A stretch of 61,521 bases of DNA, the filler included, from Choristocarpus tenellus KU-1152 (taxonomy: Eukaryota; Protista; Phaeophyceae), in assembly GCA_964200185.2 (NCBI GenBank). It is 11 parts of 11 records of this genome, joined end to end, with 100 filler letters (N's around TTAATTAATTAA, not from the genome) between each part and the next. Parts side by side here need not be neighbours in the genome. Positions count along the whole stretch, not along the records: positions 22,858 to 29,741 come from CAXNAD020007146.1; positions 29,842 to 33,365 come from CAXNAD020019461.1; positions 33,466 to 40,385 come from CAXNAD020007058.1; 8 more parts are not named here. One strand, 5' to 3'. The notes under the pieces are model-generated. The model was not told the DNA's origin. It did no database searches and saw only the letters and a list, made by a program, of their open reading frames with translations. A program made the position numbers and the translations under genes. Shown in pieces: positions 25,701-39,124 of the stretch; positions within the stretch are counted from its first letter, which is position 1; each line of letters begins with the position of its first letter.

Positions 25701-28700
25701 ATGTGGTGATGTGGAATTATCATTTGGGTACCTGAGGAATTTTCTTCTTTTGTAGGGGTTGGGATGTCCAGATCCATGTTCACAACTAGTACTGAAAGAA
25801 CAACTTGAAGTCTGTCAGTAATTAGTTGAAAAATTGATATCAATGAGCGTAGCTTCTTGGTCAAGCAGTGTATAATCACCTCAAACCAGAGGTGTGGGGG
25901 ATTGAGTAAGGAAGAACCACTGGGACTTTGGGAGACTTCTGAATTATGATGGCAGATTGATTATTTGCACAAAAATTCTATCTGCATTGAGAAAGAAGGT
26001 GAGTAAAGAAGCCACCTGGTTACAAAATGTGGGAAAGATGTGAAAAGATTTCTGAAGTTTGTCTTTTGCCTCCACATATGTTTCTACCCTGAAAAAAATT
26101 GGAACATAGGAGGGAACAAATTGTGTGCATGTTTTGAGGTGGCCAATGGAAAATAGGTAAATTGTGGAATTAGTCAATGGGATGACCTGAACTATTTCTA
26201 GCAGTTGGAAGAGATGAGTTTCTTGGGCTACACAAAAAAAAATCCCTGGAGTACTTCAGCATTCATTGGTCTTGGACATGAAAAGACTACCATAGTTTTT
26301 TCAGGGACTGAGGTCCACATTGAAGAGGTCAGGACCAATTCAATGCAGACCAGTGGTGGGAGTTAGTTTGGGACCTGTGCAATCATCCGCTCATTATCAT
26401 CCCCCTCATTGGCATGAAAGGTGGTCTATATGCATGTTGTCAGCAGTTGTTTCCACTACATCTGATTTCAGAGGACTGGGAGCAGGCATGAAGGTTAATT
26501 CTGAAGTCATGGTCTTAGTAAGGATGAGATTGCTGGGTGGAGGGGAAGACAGAATGACCATCATATTTGCAATGCAACAACACATTTTTCGAAAACTGGG
26601 CCATGACTAAGATCTGTGTCACTATGATTGATTAGGTCTTTGTTGTTTCCTTGGGTGCCATCCAATGCAATGATTTTTTAGTGCATTTTTTTTTATTTCT
26701 CAAGTGAGGGGCTTCACAGGTGTAAGCCATTGTAGGATAATATGATGTTAACATATTTAACTATTAATGGAATACTCCCCAATATATTTTTTATTATTTC
26801 ATCTTATGTATCAATGTTGCCGGTCTTCATCCAGGTCCACTCTTGCCTGCCTGGCACAACTGCAGGAGCAGAGCACATTCTTATTGGAGGGCCGCCTTTC
26901 AACAGATAATGTCTTAGTGGGGAGTAAGGTACATAAACTAAGTATTAATCCCACTTTATTTATACCAGCTGGAAATAGTCTCAGGTAGGTTTACTCATAA
27001 AATAAAAATCATTGTGTATAAATATCGCCCCTGAAGATGTTAAGCCCAGGAGTAAGATCCCAGTATCCAGGGACTTGAAGCATAAATGATCATAGATCAG
27101 TTCACCTATCTGCTAGGTGATAAACACTAGTGATAATGCAGCTCACCATCCATACTAAAAAATATCCCTCAGGTTCAGGTACTGTTGTCTCTTCTGTAAC
27201 TAGACTGAGCATGATCTCTACAAAACCTCAGAACTCTCCAAATAGCTCCATGATGCTTCACACCAATCTCCCACTACCCTCAAGTCACTCAATTCTCTCC
27301 CAACAGCAATTCCTGCTTTGAGTCACACGTATTCTGCATTTTTATTAATCAAATAATACATTTGTGTTGATCATTATCACATACTCAACCAATGGAGAGG
27401 CCTGTGAAATACACTGAGGAGCACAGACAGACATTTTACTATAACTTCTTTGTCAATTATTGTTACAATGTCAGGGAACCTCTGTTAGACTGGGAAATCT
27501 TCAATGGGGACCAGAGCTGGTTGCATCAGATTCAATGGCGGGAGAAAGTCTCAAGCGTCGGGAGGAACATCTTTGTACTGGTTTTGCTGACATCCTTGAG
27601 GTGAATTCGAGATTGGTTAACTACCTTGTCCAAATCATATCAGCTGCCGCTCAAACATGGAAGGGACAAACTGCAGTTTGCTATCTTGTACAGTTTTGTG
27701 GTGGTTGGTCTCTTTTTATGGTTTCTTGAATGTAGTTTTGCTGTTCATTACAGGGATTGCTAGGGCCACGAACATCTCCTCACAACAGGGAGGACGGCCT
27801 TGGGCAGACTTTTTCAGTCATGCTCACCAACATCCTGTGTTGCTTGCGGCTGCCATCGCAACAAAGGTGAAAAAAAAAAGAGATCAACTCAACTGACGTC
27901 GTCCCTTGCATGTAGTGAATAACTGACCAATGCTTCGCATCTTCTGGCCCACATTTTGACTTACTGAGTTGAGATCTGTTTGTTCATGTTTGATGCTACA
28001 CAGGAACGGAATATCACTCCAGTGCCTCCTCAACCACATCTACTTCTCTCCAATGCAGGAGTTGGAACTTGAAAAAAACCTCGCCAATGCACTGACTGCA
28101 TTGGCCAGTTCCGTATGAAATCTTATTAACTTTCCCCTTTCAATGTCATCCATCTGCAATTGAGTTTTACAATACGCACAGTATATGTATGATGTCTGGA
28201 CATACACAATACTTAAGTACTGCTGCTGTTTTAAGTATCTAAAGGCATCACACTTTTTTCAAAGATGTGTATCATTGATTTTTCAACCAGGTCAACTTAA
28301 TTGGTCTTCTCACCTAGGTTTATGGAAGTATGAAATACTGGACAGTTGACTATCCTTGTCAATGACTGAATCAATCACACCACTCACTTCCTTTTGCAGA
28401 TAAATTACTTACTCAAACACCAGTATGTGAGGTATTTAGTATTCCTCGCTTCATTGCGTTGGCTCTATTGATTTCTAAAATAATGAACATTTTCCAATTC
28501 AATTTGATGTTGCAAATACTGCTGTAGGAACAAAATTTTGATGATCTCAAGTCTTTTTCTTATTATGGAAAGATGCGTATCCTGGGGGTCCACAGTGTGG
28601 GTGGGTGTGGACAAGTGATTGAGTGGATTTTTTCTTTTTGAGAAATGATTTCTGAGCACGAGGTGTTGCTCAAATAGCGTGGTGCTTTTTTTCCGTTCAT

Positions 28701-29323
28701 CACTACTTTGATTCTCCATTTTGACGTGAGGATTGACCACATCTTCACTACTTTCCATGAAAATACACTTGCATTTTGACCTATTGTGCTGTCTCTTCTT
28801 GTACTTACCTTCTTACATGTTGGGTTCTGACGTCACATCAAATCTCACTTTACCTCCTCACTCAAGTCTTGAGGTGGACCTGACCTGCCTTGGCATCATC
28901 ACATCGAAACCTTATTGCCATGTTTGGGTCTCCTGCATTTTTCATTGTTCAGCAAAAGATAGGATACTACAGGTTTACAGTCCGTAGGGTTTGTTACCTA
29001 ATAATAATAATAATCAAAACTAAATTTCCATGAGAAGAACTCTGGTGTTCACGAGATTGAATCCCATGAATTCACCTGGGAAACATCTATGGTTAATAAT
29101 TGATCAATAAGGGCACTCTAGTCATCTAATAATATCCCTAACCCTTGGTTACAATGCAAGGTGGATGTCAAGATAAGGATATACACATTCCTTTCGTGCA
29201 CTCAATTCCAAACCTTGCTTGGAATATTTGTGAATAATTTCAATTGGAATCAATCTGTCAGGAACTATATTTGATACTACGATATATAGAAACATTGTGC
29301 AGTTTGCAAATTTGCACAGGGAT

Positions 29324-29463
29324 GGTATATGTGACATCTACGTTGGGTATGTTTTCTTGTTCTTGAAGCCCTCCTCTCTCAAAATGAAAATTTGGTATAT
29401 GTGACATCTACGTTGGGTATGTTTTCTTGTTCTTGAAGCCCTCCTCTCTCAAAATGAAAATTT
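29324..29463. repeat. Exact 70-bp tandem duplication
   Basis: GGTATATGTGACATCTACG...AAAATGAAAATTT occurs twice. Confidence 0.95.
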
Positions 29464-29640
29464 GTATACTTATTAATCTCAACAAAATTTTCATCACAGG
29501 AAATGAAAAGCACACTGATCAATATTCCCCTTGTGCTCACAACTAGAATATTCTCTTCAGAAAACGCTACCTAGCCCCATTAGCTTCCTCCATCAACCTG
29601 TGTCAAATCTGAGACCCCCAGATATTCATCAACAAGAGTT

Positions 29641-29655
29641 GGGTCAAAGTATCTA

Positions 29656-29692
<37 letters not shown>

Positions 29693-29700
29693 CGTCTGGG
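29641..29700 (+). mobile_element. MITE family B left end with long poly-G near contig end
   Basis: GGGTCAAAGTATCTA followed by a G run. Confidence 0.8.
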
Positions 29701-30389
29701 CGGGCATCACTATTTTTTTTTTTTTTTTTTTCAATATGTTTNNNNNNNNNNNNNNNNNNNNNNNNNNNNNNNNNNNNNNNNNNNNTTAATTAATTAANNN
29801 NNNNNNNNNNNNNNNNNNNNNNNNNNNNNNNNNNNNNNNNNCATATGTGCATGTGCAAGCGCGTTGTCCATCATTGCCAATGATCGTCCTTGCATGTACT
29901 TCTTCCAGTTCTCTCTTAGGGACTGAACCTGAAGGTCGGTGGTCATGTGGTGAATTCAAACGCATGATATATAGAGTGTGGAAAAGTGGAGGGAGGGAGA
30001 CGGTGGGTTAGCACGCTCTGTGTGTGGAGACAGATTATGCGGTATGTGACTGGGTAGTTTGTGGCGGTTAGGAACCTAAATTCCACTGTAGCGTGCGTCC
30101 AAAATATCGAAAGACTATTTCCGCACACACCTTGGCGTGGCATTAGTGATGTAGAACGGTCTCCTCTTCACGAATGTCGACAGATAGGGTATTGGTCCTG
30201 ACGTCCCCTCCAGCTCGAATCTCTCCCTGAAGTTTGCATAGATATCCTCATCTGTCCTAATCTGTGTCCTGTTGCCACGTCAGTTACACCATGTATATGT
30301 CGTGTTATGTTGAAGTTTCGTCGGTTGAGGATGAAGATTCATAGTGATTCATCCATGGCGTGAATGGGGGATATAGGCAACGCTTGTGA

Positions 30390-30647
30390 GAGCCAAATTA
30401 TCTTAGAGGGTAGAGCCGCGTCCATTTGGGGACCAAAATCCAATGTTGCGATTTTGATGTAATTTTGACTACTGTATTTGTAAGGAAGTGTCATTATCCT
30501 TCTTCTGGACACACCTTTTCATAACGTATACATTTGACCTACTCCGAAACATTTTGGAGTGGAAAAATGTCATAAAAAAAACACAGGAAGCCAAGCCCCA
30601 AATGAACAAACATGGCAAAACTCGTACCCCCTAGAATACTTCCATTC
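30390..30647 (+). mobile_element. MITE family A, TSD GTGA
   Basis: GAGCCAAATTATCTTAGAGGG...ATACTTCCATTC flanked by GTGA. Confidence 0.93.
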
Positions 30648-30971
30648 GTGACTATGCGAGTTGCTTGTGTGAAGTACCCCTGAGCGTGCTGTTGATACAA
30701 TGCACCTGGGCGGCACACTCTATTGTTCGTATGTGGGTCCAAGTAGTGCATACCCTAAGTAGAATCATGATACGTGATCGGATCGTGGGGCATGGCGGTG
30801 CTATTGCTCTCCCATACCACGATGCCAAGAACATATGCATCAGAATACTGTACATCGAACTGTCGTGAGGAACTGTCCCTTCCCATGTCGAATACCCTTG
30901 GTCTGCCATTTTGTCTGAGGTAACAATGGAACAAGTGGAACAGGAACGGGCATCAGTTGCACACCACGAAA

Positions 30972-31229
30972 AGGCCAAAGTATATTAGAGGGTAGAGACG
31001 CGTCCATTTGAGGGCCAAAATACAATGTTGTGATTTTGATGTAATTTTGGCTATCGTGTTCGTTAGGAAGTGTCAATATCCTTTCTCCGGTCATACCGTT
31101 TCAGGATATATAAATTTTATCTATTCCGAAACATTTTGGAGTAGGAAAATGTCATAAAACCCCCGAGGGAAGCCTAGCCCCCAATGGACAAACAGGGCAA
31201 AACTCGTACCCTCTAAGATACTTTCACTC
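30972..31229 (+). mobile_element. MITE family A, no recognisable TSD
   Basis: Full-length match to the family, with TIRs at both ends. Confidence 0.93.
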
Positions 31230-32403
31230 TAATAAAGATCATCCGAGCATCTTTTGATGATTCAATTATTGGGGAAGGTGCAGGGGACGTGTTCGCCCGG
31301 GGGCGAAGTTGCATGTATCACACCGTCGATGGTTGGTGAGTAGGAACTTCCATACCTCTGGGTGGTGCCTTGTGGAGTACACGGAAGGGCGTGAGTGTCG
31401 GATACGGGAGATGATCCTCCAGCGTCCTTCGCAGGCGCTGCAGAGGGACGCGCATATCGCCGCATATCTCTTATGAATTCCGTACGTTTCTTCGTGGACG
31501 ACCTCAGTGTTTCGACTTTGATGTCGTATTTTCTAGCTGTGACGGACAGAAGGGACTGAAACATCGATATCATCCTGTCCTCTAGTATTTCAAAATCAGG
31601 AGCAGTGCCGATGAGGATGGAGTTGTATACCTGGCGGGTGTGCTCGTGAGGATGGAGTTGTAAACCTTCTTTTTTCGTCCTATAACCAAGAGGCAAGGTT
31701 GTTCCAAGTGCGGCCGCCTCTTTCCACATTTCTTGTAGACCGTCATGGTTGACAAACATGGCAAGGAAGTGGCCTATGATCTGGTGCGTTTTGGATTTCT
31801 TCCACGAACGAGCGGCACTGGTCTTGGACAGTCTCTTGAGTCCCCGTTTCCTGGGTGGGATTTAAGTGAGGTTTTAATGTGGGTTGGTGGGTTTGTTTCT
31901 CTTTGAAACTCGAGTTCGATGTTGATGATGCGAACATCGGCAATGCTGCCATGTTGATTGGATGAGGGGGCGTGTACAATATATGGTCATTATGTGTTCA
32001 ACGGACTAGGGCCGTGTTGGGGGATACCTGATGTTCAACACGTCGACAACAGGGAGTTGGATACAGCGAGGGCTGAAACTGCCTTGGTTAGACCATCCTG
32101 AAAAGGTGTACATTGCGTATGCGGGAATACGCTAGCCACATCAAGAACTTTATGGATACATCCCATAAAGCACGTAGGACGATGTGAATTGAGGTAGTTT
32201 GGTGTACGCAGACTATATGCTCTGGTCGGAGGTTTTGGAAAATGGTTAACAAATGTTTGGTGGGTGCCACCCCCGAAAATAATCGCTTTTATATAGACTA
32301 CAATTGGTGTGTTTTGTTGTACGGCAAACTATGGTATAGGATGGGTTTTTGGTGGAAGGGATGCCGAACGTTTCATGTGGTGTAGGTCTACATATATCCC
32401 CAG

Positions 32404-33365
32404 ATGCACAGATCATTGTTTGTGCCTCTTTCTCTACAGGGGATATGGGATTGTAAGGGTCAGGGATGGTGTTGGGGTAAAGGGGCAGGGTTAGGGTTGG
32501 GACAGGGGTTAGGGTTGGGATTGGAAACAGGAGTGAATACCCTTGAGGGAGGTTCGGGGGATGCCATAGACCCAGGGGGGACTACTGATGAGGGGTGGCC
32601 TCCCCCAGAAGTGACTGCAGTACATGTTGATCTAGAGCGATCGACTAGAGCCCAAGAAACATCAGAGGAGGATGTTGTAGGATTTGATGGGCTCGCCCAG
32701 GATGGGGCTGGAGCATTTGTCACTGCCCCATGGGGGTTAAGTGGGGGAATGAGACCCACTAGGAATATGGACATTAATCAAATGCATCATCAGCTGGGTC
32801 ATTGCAATGAGGCGATGGTGCGCAGGTACGCTAAGGAATGTGGGGTCCATCTCACTGGGGAGTGGCAACATTATTGCAAAGGGTGTGCTATTGGCAAGGC
32901 TCACCGCAAACCAGTACCAAAGGTGACGTCTGGCAGATCGGAGAAGCGTTTGGGGAGGGTGTTCATAGATCTCAGTGGACCTAAGCCTAAGGTGAGCAGC
33001 CCAGGCGGATTCTTATATGAGATGCTCATGGTCTGCGACAAGACAGGGATGGGATGGTTACGATTTTTGAAATCGAAGGATGAGGCTGCTAAGGTTTTTC
33101 GGGGTTCGTCAGGGACGTGACTGAAGAGAAAAATTTAAGCTTTGGGTGTGCAAGAACTGACGAAGGGACGGAGTTCAAGAATGTTGATTTTGAGGATGTA
33201 CTCGATTAACATAATATCCGGCATGAGTATACTGTGCCTGGAACTCCTCAACTCAATGGGAAGGTGGAAAGGGCTGTTGCCCTGATTGCGAAAAAGGGTT
33301 TGGTCATGATGCATGCAGCTGGTCTGGGGGATCGACTGGGATTGTGGGCTGAGGCGCACAACATG
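32404..33365 (+). mobile_element. Ty1/copia pol fragment: GAG-pre-integrase HHCC and integrase core, frameshifted
   Basis: HHQLGH...CKGCAIGK, VFIDLSGP, FLKSKDEA, then after a frameshift RTDEGTEF...HEYTVPGTPQLNGKVER...LWAEA. Confidence 0.92.
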
Positions 33366-33774
33366 NNNNNNNNNNNNNNNNNNNNNNNNNNNNNNNNNNN
33401 NNNNNNNNNTTAATTAATTAANNNNNNNNNNNNNNNNNNNNNNNNNNNNNNNNNNNNNNNNNNNNCTTGGATGTAATACACCCAGAGTTAAAACCATCTA
33501 CTGAAACCCTTGCCAGCCAAGGTAACAAGCCTCTTCACAGAGCATGTACTTCTTTCATTAAGTATACCATGAAATAACATTGTATTCACATCACATCATT
33601 CTTAACTGAGAGATCAATGACTTAAGTTGCAACAGAAAAAATAAATCAGTGCTTTACTTCGCAATCACATCTACTCATACCACAGACTACGCTCCCTACT
33701 CATTGGTGCTTTACAACACCATAATTCCTCTTCCTTCGTAGTCTATGTATTACATATACAATGCATTCGATTCA

Positions 33775-34369
33775 GGTTTCAACATTGCTATTGATTTGGT
33801 AGAGTAAAAGCACGTTCCCCAGCAGCAAATGGTGTGATGTGCTTGTATGTGTTGTCTGCCTTTGATCACCTCACTCGTTTTGTTGTGCTGAGCCCTACTC
33901 CAAATAAAGAGGCCGCAATAGTTGCTCGTACGCTGGTAGAATGTGTATTTTCAATTTTTGGTCCACCTGAGTTGTTACACTCTGATCAAGGTACCGAATT
34001 TTAAACAGTATTGTTGCAGGGTTACAGTCTGTCTTTGGTTCCAAGAATACCAAAACCACACCGTATCACCCCCAAGGAAATTCTGTGTTAGAAAGAGTAC
34101 ATACTGCGTTGCATTCTATGCTAGCAATGTATCTCTGTTGCTGAGGATAACTGGGCATCGTTATTGACTTTCGTACGGTTAGCCCATACACAGCATTCAG
34201 TGCAAAGTTGCATGAAACCCCGTTTTTCCTTCTGTTTGGAAGACAATATTGTTTACCCGTTGACATTATTCTTGGTTCGTCTAATGCTGACGCAGATGTC
34301 ACTACTGAAGAATTTACTCAGCAAACGAAAGAAAATTTACAGCTTGCTTTTGAGTTGGCGCGTCATACT
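33775..34369 (+). mobile_element. Ty3/gypsy integrase remnant
   Basis: Across frameshifts: IAIDLV, DHLTRFV, NKEAAIVARTL, FGPPELLHSDQGTEF, TTPYHPQGNSVLER, ETPFFLLFGR. Confidence 0.88.
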
Positions 34370-36897
34370 TGTTCGATTAGACTCTTCCAACTCTATCGGA
34401 CAGTTAAGGTAAAGTATGTATGGAGTAATGGAACAATCAATTAGTGGTTGAGTTATCAGAACATTTTACTAGTGATTAGTTGAATGAGAATTTTTCTAAT
34501 ATAAAAGGACATATTTATCATTTTATGGGGCCTTGCATGACCCACCTAAATTTAATCAATCACTCTACAGACACCAAGCAATCTCGCCGGGTTTATCACC
34601 TTTATCATATTTGATGATTTTGGGGATACTTTAGCACAAAATATTGCTTGGTATCTGTATATTGAACCTTAGGTTTCTAACCCATCATTTCATCATGTCT
34701 ACACGAGGAGATGCGATTCAAGAATTGCCGGAACCTGTTCCTTCCGAGGGCCCATCTGTCCAAGAATTCAGACAGCTTATGGCGACGGTAGCGAAGTTGT
34801 CAAGAAACGTTGGCAATCTCATGGTTCAGTCTGAAAGAGTCGGCGACGGAGATCATCCCGTCGTCCAGGCCACTGTACCCAGCACACGGCCTCCGGCTGG
34901 GGGCGTACCAGTCGAAGTGGGTCCTATGGAACCCATGTTGAGGGGAAATTTCACAGAGTGGGGAAACAGTTTGGATGCTGGGAGCATCAAAAGTGGAGCA
35001 AGCTGGAGGTTCGGTTCTTCGGAGAGCTTCGGGACAGACGCACATATTGTTCGCCCTACGACAAAGAGATCTAGAACCCAACCACCGAAACTATTGGACG
35101 ACTCGGACTACCGGGACTGGCGGAGGCGTTTCATCGTGCATTGCCGATATACCCACTGGATGCGTTGACAAGTGAAAGACCAGTCAATCAAGAACGCTCT
35201 ACGAAGAACTTCTCTCGGACAGCTTCAGTGCAAATGATATCTGAATGGCCGAAGAGGCCTACCATGCACTTACTGTTGCTCTCATTGCACCCACCACCAG
35301 GGCACTGTGCTATACGCATCAAAGCCCGAGCGAGCTTTTCCGAGCAATAGATGATTGATTCATGCCCAATACAGTGGGTAATAGCCAGCATTTATTCCGT
35401 GAGTTTTTCACTGCAAAGGTTGAGAAGGGGTCGAACCCGATCCTGACTTTTAACCACCTGGAAGAACTTCGGGGGAGGATGCTATCAATGGACCTGGTGA
35501 TCTCGGACAAGCTGCTGCTCCTATACAGTTCCTGAGTGCTCTCGGATCAGCTTACGATACCGAGATACGCATGATGGCCTCGCAGAGAACACTATGTCTA
35601 GCAGACGTAGAGAAAACTGCTAGAGAGCGATATGCTTCCCTTCATCAGGGCAAGCACTCAAGTCAAAAGAACAGTCATGTTTTGGTCGTTAACAGCTCAT
35701 CGCAAGGGAAGATTCAATCTCATCGCAATGGCCAAGGTAGCGGGGTCGAACGTAAATTTAATTGTGGAAGAAAGAAAAATGGGTCTAAATTCAACCCAAA
35801 ACGTTCCGAGAAGATTCCTTATGAGAGATGCGGTAAACATGGACATGAAAAGACAGCTTGCCCAAACCGCATTTGTACCAAGTGTGGTGGACGTGACCAT
35901 GATGCAACAACATGCCCTTCTGTGTTCTTGACTACGGTGCAGCCTGGGAAAGAAGAGATCAAGACCGAGGCGAATCCTTCCCACGTTACTGTGGGAAGTA
36001 CCACCAGCTGCGGCGACTACGAGCCATATGCACTACTGGTCGCCAATGAGGACTCTCCGAGCAGCAATGCTCCAGGCAATAGCCAATGTATCTTAGAGGG
36101 TACAGTCGCGTCCATTTGGGGACCAAAATCTGATGTTGCAATTTTGATGTAGTTTTGACTATCATGCTTGTTAGGAGATGTCAATATCCTTGTCTGGATA
36201 CTCCTTTTCATAACGTATACATTTTAAATACTCCGAAACATTTTGGAGTAGGTAAAATGTCATTTAAAATCCATGGGAAGCCAACCCCCACATGGACAAA
36301 CAGGACAAAACTCGTACCCTCCAAGATATTTTTACTCCAAGTGTGGGGCAAACGAATGTTTGGTGACAAGTGTTGGGGTTGGCCGCGAGAGGGAAGAATG
36401 GATTTTGGACAGTGCGGCTTCATGTCATGTAACCAATATGATAACTCACATGACTAATTACAAGCCTTGCGTTGGAAATGAAAGGGTAGTCACTGCCAGC
36501 AGAAATTCCTTTTGCATCGCTGGTCATGGTGATCTAACCATCTTGTTTCCTTCACGTGACAACAAGGAGGTAGAAATACTCCTTCAGAATGTCGCCCATG
36601 TCCCTGATCTAGGATTCAACCTTTTCTCTTGCCAAGCAGCAGCTGACAAGGGTGCAAAAGGCATTTTCACAGCCAGCTCATTCTCGCTATTAGATGGAGT
36701 ACTTAACTTCACAAGAGATCCTGGTTGCCACTACACCCTCCATGGTCAACGCATATTGCCGCGACTAAATCGAAATGCTGAACTTGCTTTAAAGGCCACT
36801 ATAGCCCCCTCGCTTGCACCCCACGCTCCCCACACCAAGCAATCTCGCCGGGTTTATCACCTTCACCCTCTTTGATGATTTTGGGGATACTTTAACA
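34370..36897 (+). mobile_element. Internally deleted Ty1/copia element (candidate LTR, gag, protease, LTR 3' end)
   Basis: gag from ATG 34695 (PPKL...YRDWRRRF), CCHC knuckles (CTKCGGRDHDATTC), protease WILDSAASCH, NVAHVPDLGFNLFS. 66-bp direct repeats ending in CA at 34571-34636 and 36832-36897. Confidence 0.85.
36080..36337 (+). mobile_element. MITE family A inserted in copia gag-pro, TSD CAA
   Basis: Family TIRs; removing the element plus one CAA restores the frame APG-KCGANE...WILDS. Confidence 0.95.
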
Positions 36898-37383
36898 GAG
36901 GCTGCTTCTTTCCTCACGGCGCCCGATGCGCTGCCCCGTCTCATAAACCCAGCGTCATCCTCGTCACCCGAACTTTCATTGTGTGACTAGTACAAGAATT
37001 TCTCGAGCACAGCTGGTCTTTCATGTCCTCTAGTATCGCATTGGCCACTTCATCATTGTCTTTCACACCGACCCACACTCCTGCTGCGTTGATGGAAGCC
37101 TGAGACGGCTTTTCGCCGGGTTTGAAGGTGCAGAGAATCAAGAGCATTAGAGATATTCTCATTAATATATAGGGACACCCTTGTGTGGGACACTACCTCT
37201 ACGAGAAAAATGGCCACTCGTGATACTACAGTACACAGTATAGACATTACAGTACAACAGAAATGCGGCCAAAAAATTCAAAAAATTCAATCATTATCCT
37301 CATCAGCAGACAGTGCATAAAGACAATCCAATCACGATCACAATCAACCTACTTTCAGAATTTCACTTCACACGCTGACGCAC

Positions 37384-37600
37384 CTCGGTATGTTTGGTGC
37401 CCCTCGTAGACTTGGCATCAGGCTTCAGTGTCTGCACCTTCTCCATGATGGTTCTTGCTTCTTGCCTCGTTCTTCAACTTGTAGAGGGTGATGTAATCGA
37501 TTCCAAACTTTTGAGCAACAGAAGTTCACGCGATGATCTTCAGAAGTGTCAATGCTTCCACCTTCTCTGCAAAGCTCAAGTGTTTACAATTGTTGGCACC
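37384..37600 (-). pseudogene. CENP-B/psq-type HTH remnant (pogo/Tigger-like transposase N-terminus)
   Basis: KHLSFAEKVEAL...SVAQKFGIDYITLYKLK / ...AKSTRGTKHTE followed by a GT donor; contains a stop and a frameshift. Confidence 0.55.
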
Positions 37601-37810
37601 GCTAGGCTTGTAGGGAGAGACTTTCTCCGTATATATATTTGACAGCACCTTCCCCTTACCCTTGTTCTTGTTATCCTGACGCTTCAACGTCGTTGTCACT
37701 GGCTGGAGGACTCAAAGCCTTGCTCTTGGTGGGGCTCACGCAGAATTTGCACACGCACTTCATTCGCTGACACCAACAAGGATCCGCGACGCCGGAAATG
37801 CCATGAAGAT

Positions 37811-37965
37811 AGCTCAAAGTACCTATTTGGGGTCAATTTTTCATATCACGATTTTTGGGTGATTTTGTTGCATACCTCCAATACATAATGAAAATTAACT
37901 TTTCCTGATTTTGACCCAAATGGACACCCTGGTGTAGACCTCCCCCCCTCCGGATACTTTGGGTC
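37811..37965 (+). mobile_element. MITE family B with both ends present (left G-tract deleted), TSD AGAT
   Basis: AGAT|AGCTCAAAGTACCT...CCGGATACTTTGGGTC|AGAT. Confidence 0.9.
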
Positions 37966-38867
37966 AGATAGCCGCTACAAACGCGACACGTTAGGTATGT
38001 ATAATGTGGTGGGCCAGGAGTATTACTCTGCATATTTCAGATGGATCCCGCTGCGCAGAGCATCGTCGTATCGGTACAGTGCATTCGTCTAACCCTCGAT
38101 CTGATATACTGTATGTACTGTACTGTGCAGTACGGAGAGACAAAAGACAGCTATTTTGTGTATTGCTAGTGTCGAGCAGCTTTGTACCTTACTTCGTTAT
38201 ATTTAGCTCAACTTTAGACATGGCTTTTTGGAAACCCCTCGGTCAAGTAGTGAAAAGAAAGGAAAATATATGATGTAATCTGAGTTTTGTGGGCGGAAGA
38301 ATTCTGGTGGTAATGTGGTACAGGGGAGGGAGAGGTGAGGAAGGAAAAGGAAAATGTAGGCAAGGGGTGAACGAAGAGTCAAGTACTGAGTGATTTAGAA
38401 GGAGAAGAGGCAGGAGAGAAATTAAGGAACTGGTTGGTAGGTGGAGTCACAAGGTGGAAGGAATTGGTCAGTGAGTTAAAGAAAACTTAGGGCTGGTGGT
38501 ACAAGACGAGGAGGGGCTAGAACAAGACAACCTCCGAGCAAGCTCTCGTTGGAATGGATCAAGGCAAAACCCGAGCAGTCTTTTCTACAGTTGAAAGAGA
38601 GGAAGGCCCTGTGGAAAAGGCGGGGATGCTTGAGAACAAGATATACAAATGGTAGGGAAAAGTCCACAAGGTAAGGGGGATGATAACTGTGACGATGAAA
38701 AATAATGTAGTTAAGTGTATGGTATGAATGGGACATGTGTGGTTATGTGGGTAGATTCAGAAACAATGCAAGGGGCATATGGGGAAATCCAGAGAAGAAG
38801 AAAAAAACGAAGGACTGACCACATAGTTATGGTGGAGTAAAAAAGGATAGATGCGTAAATAATGAAT

Positions 38868-39124
38868 GAGCCAAAATATCTTGGAGGGTAGAGCCACGTC
38901 CATTTGTGGTCAAAATCCAATGTTGCGATTTTGATGAAATTTTGACTATTGTGTTTGTTGGAAGTGTCAATACCCTTGTTCCAGACACACCTTTTCATAA
39001 CATATACACTTTACCTACTCCGAAAAAAATTGTAGTAGGAAAATGTCATAAAAGAACCCATGGGAATCCAAGCCCCAAATGGATAAACAGGGTAAAACTC
39101 GTACCGTCTAAGGTACTTTCACTC
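38868..39124 (+). mobile_element. MITE family A, TSD AAT
   Basis: GAGCCAAAATATCTTGGAGGG...GTACTTTCACTC flanked by AAT. Confidence 0.93.

Larger units (their letters stand above)
29842..31952 (-). pseudogene. Decayed multi-exon gene, probable second Sola-like transposase N-terminal region
   Basis: Frameshifted reading gives VWESNSTAMPHDP, then TDEDIYANFRERF.../STFVKRRPFYI (exon 30268-30131), then ACTC. This resembles the Y..F...S.F...RP..V / CxC region of Sola-type transposases. Interrupted by two MITEs. Confidence 0.4.

Noticed and set aside
27392-28120. pogo/DDE_1 transposase remnant (IFNGDQSWL)
   Set aside because: A single short motif with no convincing downstream catalytic motifs
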